A stretch of DNA of 64,000 bases from Terriglobia bacterium (GCA_963666975.2 CAXVYR010000002.1:32001-96000); one strand, 5' to 3'; positions 1 through 10,272 are shown, counted from the first letter of the stretch. Numbers and translations are program-made. Notes: generated by a model not told the origin, from the letters alone.

Positions 1-209
1 CTGTCCGGCGTGAAGCTGATACTGTTCACCTCCGATAGCCGGTAATTTTGCAGCCTGCCCTGCACCAGAATGGTTATGTTGGTCTGGTCGGCTGATTGAA
101 ACTCTCCCGTAACAGACCGCCCGTCTTTCAGCACCATGATGTCGGCAAAGACGCTGCCGGGCAAGCTGCCCGTTAGAACCATTGCCAGAATCCATTTGGA
201 TATTTTCAT
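1..209 (-). CDS. Secreted hypothetical protein, 5' part only (runs off window start)
   Basis: Manual translation MKISKWILAMVLTGSLPGSVFA-DIMVLKDGRSVTGEF...; signal-peptide-like N-terminus; GGGAG RBS upstream. Confidence 0.7.
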   Translation of the reverse strand, partial: MKISKWILAMVLTGSLPGSVFADIMVLKDGRSVTGEFQSADQTNITILVQGRLQNYRLSEVNSISFTPD

Positions 210-611
210 GTCATGCTCCCTTTCTTCTTCAATTCGGTTCGGGTCCCTTTCCGTACTAAGAGTGCGGTTCGCATTTATATTCCCACCCGTTACTTATGAT
301 GCGCCTGGCGGCATTCACGGTCAACTGATGGGAAAGAAAGTTCCTGACTCGGTACCTACAGGCCGCATTCTTATAGTGCGTCCCCTTTTTTCAAACCCGC
401 CGCTGGTCCGGAAGTTGCTGTTTTGTACGGAAGCCGAGCTTTCAGCCGACATCTCGCCCTGCTCCTGAGGAAAAAGATTTTTCCTTGGCTTGAAACGGCC
501 CTGTAGCTGGCATATGATCTTGCCGAAGCGAAGGCCGCAATCCAGTATTCGGCCTCGACCCATTCTATGCGCCAGGGAAAGGCGCAAGGGAAAGGTAAAG
601 GTAAAGATACG

Positions 612-1529
612 ATGAGGATTGGTTTCATCCTGCCCCAGATCGGGCCCGTCGGCTCACCCGAAGCACTGAAGAAGGTAGCCCAACGAGCTGAGAAACTTGG
701 CTATGACAGCCTGTGGACCACCGAGCGGCTCCTCTATCCGCTGGCGCCCCGCACTCCGTATCCGGCAACTCCCGACGGGGCGCTTCCCGAAGAGTACAAG
801 CAGTCGCTCGACCCGCTGGAGAGCCTGACCTTCGTCGCGGCGCACACGAAACGCATCGCCCTGGGAACGAGCGTCCTCGATATGCCGTACTACAACCCGG
901 TGATGCTGGCCCGCCGCCTGACCACGCTGGATGTGCTCTCCGGCGGAAGGCTGCGCGTGGGCTTGGGCCTGGGATGGTCGGTGGACGAGTACGAGGCGAC
1001 CGGAGCGGCTTTCCAAGACCGCGGCGCGCGGGCGGATGAATTCCTCCATGTGCTCAAAACCATCTGGACGACGGACCCGGTCGAGTTCCACGGGAAGTTT
1101 TTTCATATCGCCAAATCAATCGTCCAGCCGAAACCGGTCCAAAAACCGCATCCCCCGATCTACATAGCGGCCTTTGCGCCCAAGGCCCTGGAGCGCGTGG
1201 CGAAAATGTCGGATGGCTGGAACCCGGTCATGATTCCGGTGGAAGGAATGGCGCAGATGTTCGCGGGACTCAAGGAGACGGCGCAAGCCGCGGGGCGGGA
1301 CCCCGCCTCCCTGCAACTGATCGTGCGCGCCAACGTCGTGCTCACTCGAAAGCCGGTCAATAAAATCCGGGGCTTTTTCTGCGGCTCTCTGGAGCAAATC
1401 GGAGAGGACATTGCAGACTGCCGGAAACTCGGCGCTCACGAGCTGTTTTTCGACCCCAGCTTTTCCAAAGACGGCCACTCCCTGGGGCGGCTGCTCAAAC
1501 GCATGAAACAACTCCGCGAGTTGGTCTGA
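612..1529 (+). CDS. LLM class (luciferase-like) F420-dependent oxidoreductase
   Basis: MRIGFILPQ start, GYDSLWTTERLL, LDPLESLTFVAAHTKRIALGTSVL, LDVLSGGRLRVGLGLGW, PKPVQKPHPPI motifs. Confidence 0.9.
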   Translation: MRIGFILPQIGPVGSPEALKKVAQRAEKLGYDSLWTTERLLYPLAPRTPYPATPDGALPEEYKQSLDPLESLTFVAAHTKRIALGTSVLDMPYYNPVMLARRLTTLDVLSGGRLRVGLGLGWSVDEYEATGAAFQDRGARADEFLHVLKTIWTTDPVEFHGKFFHIAKSIVQPKPVQKPHPPIYIAAFAPKALERVAKMSDGWNPVMIPVEGMAQMFAGLKETAQAAGRDPASLQLIVRANVVLTRKPVNKIRGFFCGSLEQIGEDIADCRKLGAHELFFDPSFSKDGHSLGRLLKRMKQLRELV

Positions 1530-1796
1530 TGGAAGCGGCGAACCGACTGACAGTATTGCTCCATCATTGGGCTGATACGCCGTGTCCTGCCGGCATTCAA
1601 CACGTGCACTGGCTGTTCAGCAGGCCAGCCCGCAAACCAACCCAAGGAGCCGCGAGCTGCCACAGGTTTGCTCCCTTTCTGCGGCTCTTAAAAAGAAATC
1701 TTACCAAGCACCAAAAAGTAATACATCATACATATTGGCTTACTAAATTATTTATGGCATACTTACAGCGAAAAAGGTCTGCCAGCAGGAGGAACC

Positions 1797-2033
1797 ATGA
1801 AAGCTGAAGTCTCGACGGTGACAACCAAAGGGCAACTCGTCATTCCGTCCAAACTGCGTCGCAAGTTCGGGATTCGCAAAGGCACGCAGGTAGCTTTCCT
1901 GGCGGAGGACCACAAGCTTGTCTTACAACCGCTGACCCCGCAGTTTATTCGCAGCCTGCGTGGCTCACTGAAAGGCGGGCCGTCGGCCGTCAAGCTGCTC
2001 ATCGAGGATCACAAGCGGGAGCGCGAGCTGTGA
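1797..2033 (+). CDS. AbrB/MazE/SpoVT-family antitoxin
   Basis: TVTTKGQLVIPSKLRRKFGI swapped-hairpin motif; AGGAGG RBS; GTGA overlap with PIN gene. Confidence 0.9.
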   Translation: MKAEVSTVTTKGQLVIPSKLRRKFGIRKGTQVAFLAEDHKLVLQPLTPQFIRSLRGSLKGGPSAVKLLIEDHKREREL

Positions 2034-2437
2034 AGCGGGTGGTGCTGGATGCAAGCGCGATTATGACGTTTTTCGAGGATCGGCCCGGCGCTCAAAAAAT
2101 TCAGGATTTACTGGGCCAGGCAGTCGAAGGCAAGGCCGAACTCCTGATGAGCGTCGTGAACTGGGGCGAGGTCTACTACTCCATTTGGCGCACAAAGGGC
2201 AAAGAAGCGGCGGGACGAACTTTGGCGGAAATTGCCCAGTTGCCTATAGAAATCGTGGACGCCGATTCCGAATTGACAAAACTCGCTGCCGCGTTCCGCG
2301 CGCAACACAAGCTGCCTTACGCCGACTGCTTCGTAGCCGCGCTGGCCCGGCAGCGCAAAGCGATGCTGGCAACAGTCGACAAAGACTTTGCGCAGGTGGA
2401 GCAGATTGTAAAAGTCTTGTGGACCACCGCGGGTTAA
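2030..2437 (+). CDS. vapC: VapC-family PIN-domain toxin
   Basis: VVLDASA, VNWGEV, LPYADCF, ATVDKDF acidic PIN motifs; coupled to antitoxin. Confidence 0.9.
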   Translation: MKRVVLDASAIMTFFEDRPGAQKIQDLLGQAVEGKAELLMSVVNWGEVYYSIWRTKGKEAAGRTLAEIAQLPIEIVDADSELTKLAAAFRAQHKLPYADCFVAALARQRKAMLATVDKDFAQVEQIVKVLWTTAG

Positions 2438-2441
2438 TTCG

Positions 2442-3242
2442 ATGAACACAAAGGAACTCAATAATAATATTGATATCTCCCTTTTCGCGCTTTGCCTGTT
2501 GGCGGGCCTGCTGCTGGCTGCGCCCGCGAGTAGCTTTGCCCAGTCCTTGGCCCAGTCCTCGGCCCAGTCTCAGCCATCAAATTTTACCGACGAGTTGTGG
2601 AGCGAGATTCAGCCGCTCTACGCCAAGACGCTGGAGCATCCCTTCCTCACCGAAATGGCTGACGGTATGCTGCCGCAGGAAAAATTTCAATACTACCTGA
2701 TCCAGGACGCGCACTACCTGCGCCGCTTTTCGCACGCCTTGAGCGTGCTGGCGGCCAAGGCCCCGCGCCCTGAGTGGAGCGTGACCTTGAACGAGCACGC
2801 CGCCGAAACGCTGCAGGGCGAGCAACAACTGCATCTTTCCATTGGAAAAAGCTTCGGTGTATCGCCCGAGGAGTTTATCTCGGCCACGGTAGCGCCGTTG
2901 AACACGGCCTACACGAACCATTTGATTGCCGCCGCCTATTCCCGCCCCTTTGCAGAAGGTCTGGCCGCGTTGCTGCCCTGCTACTGGATTTACTGGGAAG
3001 TCGGAAAACAGATGGTGCAGAAGGGATCGAAGGTCCCTTACTATCAACGATGGATCGACCAGTATGCGGGAGAAGAGTACGGCCAGCAGGTACAAACCGT
3101 CCTGGATATGATGAATGCGCTGGCTGCGGAGCAGGATGCTCCATCCCGGCAGCGGATGCGGCAGTTGTTTGTCACCTCTGCCCGTTACGAATGGATGTTT
3201 TGGGACATGGCCTACCGGCTGGAGAGATGGCCTCCACCCTAG
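2442..3242 (+). CDS. tenA: Thiaminase II / TenA family protein with N-terminal signal peptide
   Basis: HPFL, YLIQDAHYL, AYTNHL, LLPCYWIY (catalytic Cys), YQRWIDQY, YEWMFWDMAY. Confidence 0.9.
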   Translation: MNTKELNNNIDISLFALCLLAGLLLAAPASSFAQSLAQSSAQSQPSNFTDELWSEIQPLYAKTLEHPFLTEMADGMLPQEKFQYYLIQDAHYLRRFSHALSVLAAKAPRPEWSVTLNEHAAETLQGEQQLHLSIGKSFGVSPEEFISATVAPLNTAYTNHLIAAAYSRPFAEGLAALLPCYWIYWEVGKQMVQKGSKVPYYQRWIDQYAGEEYGQQVQTVLDMMNALAAEQDAPSRQRMRQLFVTSARYEWMFWDMAYRLERWPPP

Positions 3243-3456
3243 CTTATCGTTCATCCGCGCTACATCCCAGATCCCAGACCCCATTCCCAGCCGCCTTGAA
3301 CCAACCCCCTACGCTAGTTCCTTAGAAGATACATTTTCCGTAGAGCGCCTTTCGGTTTGACAGTGTTTTGGGCGCTTTGTTAGTGTGGATTGGGTCGTTG
3401 TTTGCAAACAGCTATATGCAAATAGCGGGAGACAGCTACATTTCGGGGGTGGAGAA

Positions 3457-4368
3457 ATGGGTCCGATATTTTCAGTTCTGTTTGTTCTTAGCCTGGGGCT
3501 GATCTCGGTGTTCGCCGAAGGAGTGGCGGTTCAGGAAGCGAGCGCGCAAGCCTCGATGACCGCCCCGGTGGGCCAGGCTCCCACTACATCAGACATGTAT
3601 TGCGCCGGTTTTTTCACCAACATCCCGGTGGACGCATCGCTTGAAATATTGAGCGGCGAGGCCGCCGGCTACCAGAACGAATTTATGGAGCGCGACATCG
3701 TTTACCTGAACAAGGGGAGAGAACGGATCACCACCCCCGGCGTCGAATATATGGTGGTTCGTCCCACCCGCGACATCAACCCCCGCGAATCCTTCGAAGG
3801 ACAGCAAGAAATTCTAAAGACGATGGGAACTCTCTATACGGAGGTCGCGCGCATCCAGGTCCAAATCGTTCATGAGGCAAGCGCCACCGCAGAGGTAGTC
3901 TTTGCCTGCGAACCCATCCTCAAGGGAGACATCGCGATCCCTCTCAGCGCCCGCCAAGCACCGCCTTTTAAGTCGCCGTAACCGTTCGACCGGTTCGCGC
4001 CTCCTTCCGGGAAGCCCACCGGGGTGATCGTTGTCGGCAAGGAGTTTCAACAGGCTGCGGGGGAAGGCCATGTGGTATATCTCAACGTGGGAAGCGGCCA
4101 GGGCGCGCGGGTGGGAAGTTATTTCCGCATTTTCCGGTCCTACGTCAGCAATGACAAAGACCCTTATCAGCAGAACACGCGCCAGTACGCCACTGACGTG
4201 CAGGGGATGCGCTTGGGCCGCAAGCTCACCCCGCAAGAGAGCGCCACTTTGCCGCGCACGGTGATCGGGGAGTTGCTCGTTCTTTCCGTGCAAGAGAACA
4301 GTTCTACCGGGATTATCACCTATAGCCGGGAGGAAGTTTACCCCGGTCATGAGGTTGAGCTCGAATAG
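3457..4368 (+). pseudogene. Exported hypothetical protein split by one in-frame TAA (3979-3981)
   Basis: ORFs 3385-3981 and 4024-4368 share a frame; read-through gives PPFKSP*PFDRFAPPSGKPTGVIV; both halves contain VYLN(K/V)G motifs. Confidence 0.7.
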
Positions 4369-4381
4369 ACGCTCTTGCAGC

Positions 4382-4966
4382 TCACATATCTTCCGCAGGC
4401 AAGGAATTCTCGCTAAAGACCTCGGCCATAAACGCCTCGATTGTGGCGCCGTGTTGCCAGGCGTCCCGTGACAAGCCGGCCTTGTGGCAGGTTTCTTCCA
4501 GAAACTGCTGCGGACTCCAGTTGGCGCTGACGGCTACCTGCGGCAACAGCAAACCGTGGGCGCGTTCCAGACTGACCACCAACCCGTGAACTCCCACCTG
4601 AATTTCTTCCAGGCTGACCTTTTGGGAGGAAGAGAGGACAGAGATCTCCACTTCCATACCGGAGATCTCCTCAGGGCGCACAGGGTCAAAGCGAGTATCC
4701 TTCAGGGCGGCGGCCGCCGCTGCCTCTATTACGGTTTTATATAAAGCTTTCACCGGCCGGGCAAATCCCACGCAACCCCGCAAGCGACTCTCCCGGTGCA
4801 GGCTCACAAAAGCGCCTCTCCGCTCGCGCAAGGGACCGACAGCAACGTCGGGTTCTTCCATCCTGTCCCCAGAGACGGCGGTTTCCAGGCTCTGCCGCGC
4901 CAGCCGCAACAGAAAACCTTTTTCCTTATTGGTGAGTGGGGAGATCCCCTTTTCGAGGTTTGCCAA
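4382..4966 (-). CDS. AMMECR1-domain protein (AmmeMemoRadiSam system protein A); start uncertain
   Basis: GAFVSLH, LRGCVG, DTRFDPV, EISVLS, GLLLPQV motifs; 5' end overlaps pgsA 3' end. Confidence 0.85.
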   Translation of the reverse strand: MANLEKGISPLTNKEKGFLLRLARQSLETAVSGDRMEEPDVAVGPLRERRGAFVSLHRESRLRGCVGFARPVKALYKTVIEAAAAAALKDTRFDPVRPEEISGMEVEISVLSSSQKVSLEEIQVGVHGLVVSLERAHGLLLPQVAVSANWSPQQFLEETCHKAGLSRDAWQHGATIEAFMAEVFSENSLPAEDM

Positions 4967-5534
4967 AGCCGAATAAAGAAGGCCCGATCTGCCGCCAGTT
5001 GATCGGGCTATCCACCTTGTTCCAGAATTGACGAAAGTATTGGGCTCCGGAGAGCAGCGCAAAAAAGACCACCACCCAAAGCAGCCAGTGTCCGACCGTC
5101 TGTAACATCTCAAATCGGATGCTCAAAATGATGGCGGTAATGGCGAATACCTGCATCACCATCTTCAGTTTTCCCAGATCCGAGACCGCGATCACAAAAC
5201 CCTGCGCCAAAGCGACGTTCCGGAGGCCGGTGACCGCAAATTCCCGTCCCAGGATAATCACCACCATCCAGGCCGGCACCAACTGCATCTCGACCAGCGC
5301 GATGAATGCCGAAGCAACCAGCAGTTTATCGGCCACCGGGTCCAGCCAGGTTCCCAGCGCGGTGATTTCACGTCTTTTCCGGGCAAAGTACCCGTCCAGC
5401 CAGTCCGTCACCGCAGCCGCCAGAAAAATGGCTGCGCCGATAAACTCCTTGTTGGGAACACGCGTCAGCAGGACCACAACCAGCAGAGGGATCAGGAAAA
5501 TTCGGACGAGGGTGAGAAAATTCGAGAGATTCAT
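4926..5534 (-). CDS. pgsA: CDP-diacylglycerol--glycerol-3-phosphate 3-phosphatidyltransferase
   Basis: MNLSNFLTLVR start and CDP-alcohol phosphotransferase motif TDWLDGYFARK...GTWLDPVADK. Confidence 0.95.
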   Translation of the reverse strand: MNLSNFLTLVRIFLIPLLVVVLLTRVPNKEFIGAAIFLAAAVTDWLDGYFARKRREITALGTWLDPVADKLLVASAFIALVEMQLVPAWMVVIILGREFAVTGLRNVALAQGFVIAVSDLGKLKMVMQVFAITAIILSIRFEMLQTVGHWLLWVVVFFALLSGAQYFRQFWNKVDSPINWRQIGPSLFGFGKPRKGDLPTHQ

Positions 5535-5730
5535 GGGCCTGGCTCAAAGGGTCCGCTTCGTTTCACCAGCGGCAAGGCCACCAACGGCAAGGCCTCCCTA
5601 GCGGCCCGAGCAATTGCTTGCAAGGTCTTTTGTAAAGTCCGCGCCGCGCATTTCACTACAAAAGGCCGCTACAGAAGGTTTCGCCGACTTCGGCGCGGCT
5701 GCCCGCAACTGCCACTATAGCCAAGCTCCC

Positions 5731-6234
5731 CTACCCTGTCAAAGAGATTTCACCGTTGGGAAAGCGGGCAGGGCCTGTCCCTCTGTCTTTGTTATTCCGA
5801 ACTCGCTTGCAGTTCGTTGAGGTTGTCTTTGTTATTCCGAACTCGCTTGCAGTTCGTTGATGTCTGTTCTGCAGCAACGTGCTCAGGCAGGCGACCATCC
5901 TGTCCCAGCGCTCCCGGCGGGCCGGGTCCGTCTCTTGGTCCAACTTTTCGTAATATACTTCGAGGCTATCCCGAAAGGTTCCCTGCAGCTCTAGGGCTTT
6001 CTTGAGCTCCGCCTGAGGCCCGGTCAGTTGTTCGGTGGCGGCTGGAGCTGCCTGGGCAGCTTCGGCGGCAGCCGGTTGTTGCTGCTCCGCAGCAGCTTCG
6101 CGGGCAGCAGGCCTGCTCGGCCGGCTACGCGACATATCCTCGTTGGTGAAGACTTTCCCTCGCTGGGCGTAGGCGGCAACTGCCAGAAATAACAGCGCCG
6201 TCGCAAGGACGGCATATCGGACGGAAATCATCAA
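5731..6234 (-). CDS. Exported hypothetical protein; 3' end disturbed by a duplication
   Basis: Signal peptide (AVAAYA-Q), KVFTNEDM motif, Ala-rich linker; GGAGG RBS. Confidence 0.65.
   Translation of the reverse strand: MMISVRYAVLATALLFLAVAAYAQRGKVFTNEDMSRSRPSRPAAREAAAEQQQPAAAEAAQAAPAATEQLTGPQAELKKALELQGTFRDSLEVYYEKLDQETDPARRERWDRMVACLSTLLQNRHQRTASEFGITKTTSTNCKRVRNNKDRGTGPARFPNGEISLTG
5784..5860. repeat. Tandem duplication, 37 bp identical, 40 bp period
   Basis: TGTCTTTGTTATTCCGAACTCGCTTGCAGTTCGTTGA at 5784-5820 and 5824-5860. Confidence 0.95.
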
Positions 6235-6252
6235 ATTACCTCCAGATACTTT

Positions 6253-6413
6253 TAGAAGTCATGAGTCAGAAGCCAGAAGGCTTTGGCGAAAAGTTTTGAA
6301 AAGGACGGCGGCCAGGGAGGTGGAGACTGACATTAGCATCTAACCACCTTTTTGGAGGCTCAGTTACTTCCGACTTCTGGCTCCTGACTTCTATCTTCTG
6401 TCTCCTGACTCCT
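6253..6413. repeat. Inverted arrays of degenerate heptamer repeats (AGAAGTC / GACTTCT-like), intergenic
   Basis: AGAAGTCATGAGTCAGAAGCCAGAAG at left; CTTCCGACTTCTGGCTCCTGACTTCT...CTCCTGACTCC at right. Confidence 0.6.
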
Positions 6414-6420
6414 TGTTCGA

Positions 6421-7845
6421 CTAATAATTCAGCGACAACAACTGCAACTGCATGTAGCCGCCCGGCGGCTCCGTCATATCGGTGTTGTATTGAATCTGCA
6501 GGTTCCCACCGCCTTCAGTAACAAAAGACGGGCTCCCCAAGTTGCCTGTGGCTCCGCACGTGGTGGTATTGGCGATGAAGATACCGCCGGTGATGACGCC
6601 GGTGCCGCCGCCGGTTACCCGCAGCCGACCGTTTCCGATCACAAATATAATCCCATCCCAAGTGGGGAATCCGTTGAAGGTCAAATCGCCGGTAACCAGC
6701 AAGATGCCCGCGCCAGGCAAGTCACTGGCCGAAAGGCTCGCGTCTCCATCGACCACATTGATTATAGGATTGCCCACCGAACCCGGGTCAGGAAGAGAGG
6801 AGACAGGCCCGTCCTGGAAGTAGTCAGCGCTTGCCGTGAGGGTGTTGACAATCGAGTTGAGACCGGCACAGTCCGAGAACACATCGGCCAAATCCCCGCT
6901 CACGTTCTGGACGTCCGCCGGAGGTCCGGCTCCGCCTTCGCCGGGATAGTCATCCTGCTTCTGCTTTGGGATGCTATTTCGTAATGAGTTGGCATCCCCA
7001 TTATCAATTGTGCCGACAGCCGGACCATCGTCTCCCTGGGCGCCGTCATCGACCCCCGAAATGAAGGAGGGGGTCGAGTTGGGCCCGTTAAACGTAGGGT
7101 TGGGCCCGTTCAGCGTCAGCGGCCCCGGAAGAGGCGGTAGCATTCCGTAGGAGGATACTTGGCGGATAAACCTGCGCGCTCCACCCCGATCGATGGACAA
7201 TGCCGTCAGGACATACACGGGAGCAAAGTCAGGGACACATTGAGGGAAACCTACGGGGGCCAGCATAAGGTTCTCCCCGTCATAGCAGACCCAGATGGCG
7301 TCGTCCAGACCGGCCAGCACGCCCGGAGTCACTAGGTTCCGGTTCAGCTTTCTTTGCGTGGCCACCACGGCCTTTGCCCACACATAGGGCACCTGCCCCG
7401 CATCCTGCGCAGTGGGCCTGAAGTTTACCGTGGGCGTCAGCGCGCGCGTTGGATCCACGCAATCTATAGGACCAACCGGAGTGTTGAACAAGCAGGGGAC
7501 TACCGTGGGGTCAATGCCAGGGTTCAACCGAATATAGGTGGCTGTAGTTGTGTTGGGAGGAGCAGGAATTTGAATGGCTGGCACAGCGTTCGGCCCCATC
7601 CGTCCCCGGATTTCCTCCAACCCGCCCCGCGAGGCATAAAAGGCCATCTCCGAGCTTCGGAAGTTGGCGTGGATGAGAGTTTCCGTCGAGGAGGAGACCA
7701 TCAAAGCAAAGCCGACTGCGGTGAGAACCCCCATCGCCAGCAAGGCAATAATTAATGCGATGCCCCGCTCCTGGTTCCGCTGGATTGGCTGCTGATTAAA
7801 AATTTTCTTGTTCGTCAGGCCCTCCTGGTTGACCCTGACAGGCAA
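6421..7845 (-). CDS. PilX-like type IV pilus minor pilin / assembly protein
   Basis: QERGIALIIALL prepilin-like N-terminus without E5, AFYASRGGLE PilX N-terminal motif, Gly-rich C-terminal region. Confidence 0.85.
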   Translation of the reverse strand: MPVRVNQEGLTNKKIFNQQPIQRNQERGIALIIALLAMGVLTAVGFALMVSSSTETLIHANFRSSEMAFYASRGGLEEIRGRMGPNAVPAIQIPAPPNTTTATYIRLNPGIDPTVVPCLFNTPVGPIDCVDPTRALTPTVNFRPTAQDAGQVPYVWAKAVVATQRKLNRNLVTPGVLAGLDDAIWVCYDGENLMLAPVGFPQCVPDFAPVYVLTALSIDRGGARRFIRQVSSYGMLPPLPGPLTLNGPNPTFNGPNSTPSFISGVDDGAQGDDGPAVGTIDNGDANSLRNSIPKQKQDDYPGEGGAGPPADVQNVSGDLADVFSDCAGLNSIVNTLTASADYFQDGPVSSLPDPGSVGNPIINVVDGDASLSASDLPGAGILLVTGDLTFNGFPTWDGIIFVIGNGRLRVTGGGTGVITGGIFIANTTTCGATGNLGSPSFVTEGGGNLQIQYNTDMTEPPGGYMQLQLLSLNY

Positions 7846-7860
7846 GAATGCCTGTCCTGG

Positions 7861-8472
7861 TTATCTCATCTGCACGGCCCGCACATTGGCGGGAAGAAAG
7901 TTGGCTCCGGCCGGGAGGGGGGTCATCTGGGCCGCGACTATAACGGTCTTGATGCCGTTGGCGTTCTGGTAGATGTTCCACCGAACATCGAAGGTGCCTG
8001 TATTGACCCGGACATTGTTGCCGCCGATCGGGTCAACAATGGTGTATGTCCGGTAGTATACGGGCGTGCCAAGAGGAGGCGGGGGCGGGGGCGGAATTGT
8101 AAAATCAATGTTGCCAGTGGCGGGATCGAGCGGCGCTCCCGAGCGCACCAAGTCGGTTGTATCGAGGTCCGTCACGTTGACCAGCACGGGAGCATTCAGC
8201 CCCGGATTGTCGCTGCCGTCGGTGAAGCTTACGACCCCTGGAGGCTGGGCGAGTATCTGCTCCAACTGCCGCAAGGCTACAAAGGTTGCTGTCGTGTCGA
8301 CGCGCGAGCGGTAGTCATTTTCGGTCGCGAAGGGAACCATCACAGCCAAGCCCATGACCCCGACACTCAATATCCCGATGGCAAACAGGACCTCCATCAA
8401 GGTAAAGCCGCGCGATCCCTTTTGCCGTGACCATTTTTGCCGTTCAACAGATTGTGCGCTGTGTTCAAACAT
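7861..8472 (-). CDS. PilV-like prepilin N-terminal cleavage/methylation protein
   Basis: RGFTLMEVLFAIGIL class III signal peptide. Confidence 0.9.
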   Translation of the reverse strand: MFEHSAQSVERQKWSRQKGSRGFTLMEVLFAIGILSVGVMGLAVMVPFATENDYRSRVDTTATFVALRQLEQILAQPPGVVSFTDGSDNPGLNAPVLVNVTDLDTTDLVRSGAPLDPATGNIDFTIPPPPPPPLGTPVYYRTYTIVDPIGGNNVRVNTGTFDVRWNIYQNANGIKTVIVAAQMTPLPAGANFLPANVRAVQMR

Positions 8473-8484
8473 ATGCGTCCTCGC

Positions 8485-8805
8485 TTACCGATCCGGATTC
8501 ACCCGATGAGCCAGCCCGAACATCTCGACATTCTGAAATATACCTGTAGCCGGGTCCCTCACCGCTGTCTGCGCCTGCAAGTTGATCATCACCACCCGTG
8601 TGTTCCGGGGCGCGGCGAGAGTGCTGTTGACCTGCGGCATGGTGGGACATCCGGCAGGAGCTACCGCCGGAGGCGCCGGACAAAAAGTGAAGATCGGAAC
8701 GGCCAGAGTGCAGTTCATCACATTTCCCAGATACAGCTCGAAAACGGGCGCCGCCGCCCCGCCCCCGGCAGGCTTCGGCAGCTCGCTGCGCATCAATGCG
8801 TCAGG
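8485..8805 (-). pseudogene. 3' fragment of a PilW-like minor pilin, truncated by an IS remnant
   Basis: Sits directly upstream of the pilV-like gene; C-terminus TRVVMINLQAQTAVRDPATG...; 5' end abuts IS3 sequence. Confidence 0.6.
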
Positions 8806-8808
8806 GCT

Positions 8809-9350
8809 TGTTGGACAGGTAGAGGGTAATAGTTAAGGTGATGTTTTTGGCTCATCGTAGAGACTGAAAGGAACGAAGATGGAGACAAAAACAAGACGAC
8901 AGGGGGGCGGTCGAGAAGGCCGTCCGGGAGATCAAACGCAGGACGCGGCGCAGGTTCAGCCCGGAAGACAAAATCCGCATTGTATTGCAGGGACTTCGCG
9001 GCGAGGACAGCATCGCGGAGCTGTGCCGCCGCGAGGGGCTGCACCAGAACCAGTATTACCGCTGGAGCAAGGAGTTTCTGGAGGCTGGCCGCAAGCGGCT
9101 GGCGGGCGACATAGACCGTGAGGCAACCAGTGGCGAAGTCAAGACTCTGCGGGAGCAGGCCGTAAGCTGGAGGCCCTGGCCGAGGCTATGCAATCGCCTG
9201 CTAAAAAAAAGCGTGATCGGGGATGGGGAGGAACATACATGAGATACCCTGCCTCGGAGAAGCTGGAGATATCTGCACTGGAGCAATCTGCCCTGGGCGC
9301 GCCGGGATAGCCCGCCAGGCGAAGCTGGGCTGGAAGACCAAACCCGATCC
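8809..9350 (+). mobile_element. Degenerate IS3-family element (orfA with frameshifts, start of orfB)
   Basis: RRRFSPEDKIRIVLQGLRGEDSIAELCRREGL...YYRWSKEFLEAG HTH orfA; A8G tract at ~9203; orfB start MRYPASEKLEI at 9239. Confidence 0.85.
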
Positions 9351-9594
9351 TGGTTCACCGATTCCCGGGTGCCATACATAGTTGAGGAATCGTCTCCTCA
9401 ATGGTGGCGGTCGCGAAGAGCGAATGAAGGGAAAATATCACGTTTGGCTCCAAGCAGTTGGAAAACGCTGGCTGTAGTTTTGCCAAACCATCACAGCCGG
9501 TGGCTACCATCACTCTCCATCAGGGATTGATCGGGCCGGGCGAGGTTTGGAACGATTCTGAGCATGCAGTTCTCGCGGGGCCAAAGAGTCCCAT

Positions 9595-10270
9595 GTGCGC
9601 TGGCATGGCCGGCAATTGGGGAGGGTGAAAATGCGGGTGGAGCGCCCCAAGTCGGTGTCCTACGTCACTGCGGAAAAGCGAGAAGACGGGCAAGATGCGG
9701 GCACGCGGCCTGATCTGGACACCGTACCGCGAGGGCGTAGATGTCATGTCAAATCCGGTCAGATAGCAAGGAGCGCGGCGGCTGGATACTGTTGGCGCCG
9801 CGGGAGGGACTGGTGATTTACCTGGTTTTGCGGTTCCCCGTCATCGAAGTAAATGTAATCGCGTAAGGCGCATCAACTGCCGACCGGCGCGGCGGGAAAA
9901 GGCCGCCTTCCAGCAAGGTTTGCGCACGGATCAGCGCTATCTGTTTGTGATCGACGGCGCCAAACGCTCCGCGCGGGGATCGAGGAAGTTACATCCGGCC
10001 GGAAATACGACAAAAGTGGTTTCTGGCCTGGGTCGACCGTGGCATTGCAATTGGCATCGCAGCTCCGAGTGCTAAGCGTAGTTGCTCCCAACGAAATGTG
10101 ATGTCTGCCTCCAGCAAGTGCAAGCGTTGGTGCCCTGGCCGGATGGCCGCGTACCGTGCCATCTGGATCATGCGGGCTTTGGCGGTGCGCAAGGAGTTTT
10201 GGCCGAAGTCCAAACGCTGCGCCTCTCCAAGGAGAAAGTGCCGGTACCCGGTGCTGCAAGGAGTTTGGGA
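9595..10270 (+). mobile_element. IS256-family transposase remnants (fragmented)
   Basis: Pieces WHGRQLGRV..RVERPK, QRYLFVIDGAK, PGAARSL resemble IS256/mutator transposases. Confidence 0.6.
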
Positions 10271-10272
10271 CC

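Noticed and set aside
3979-3981. Selenocysteine/pyrrolysine recoding
   Set aside because: The stop is TAA, not TGA or TAG.
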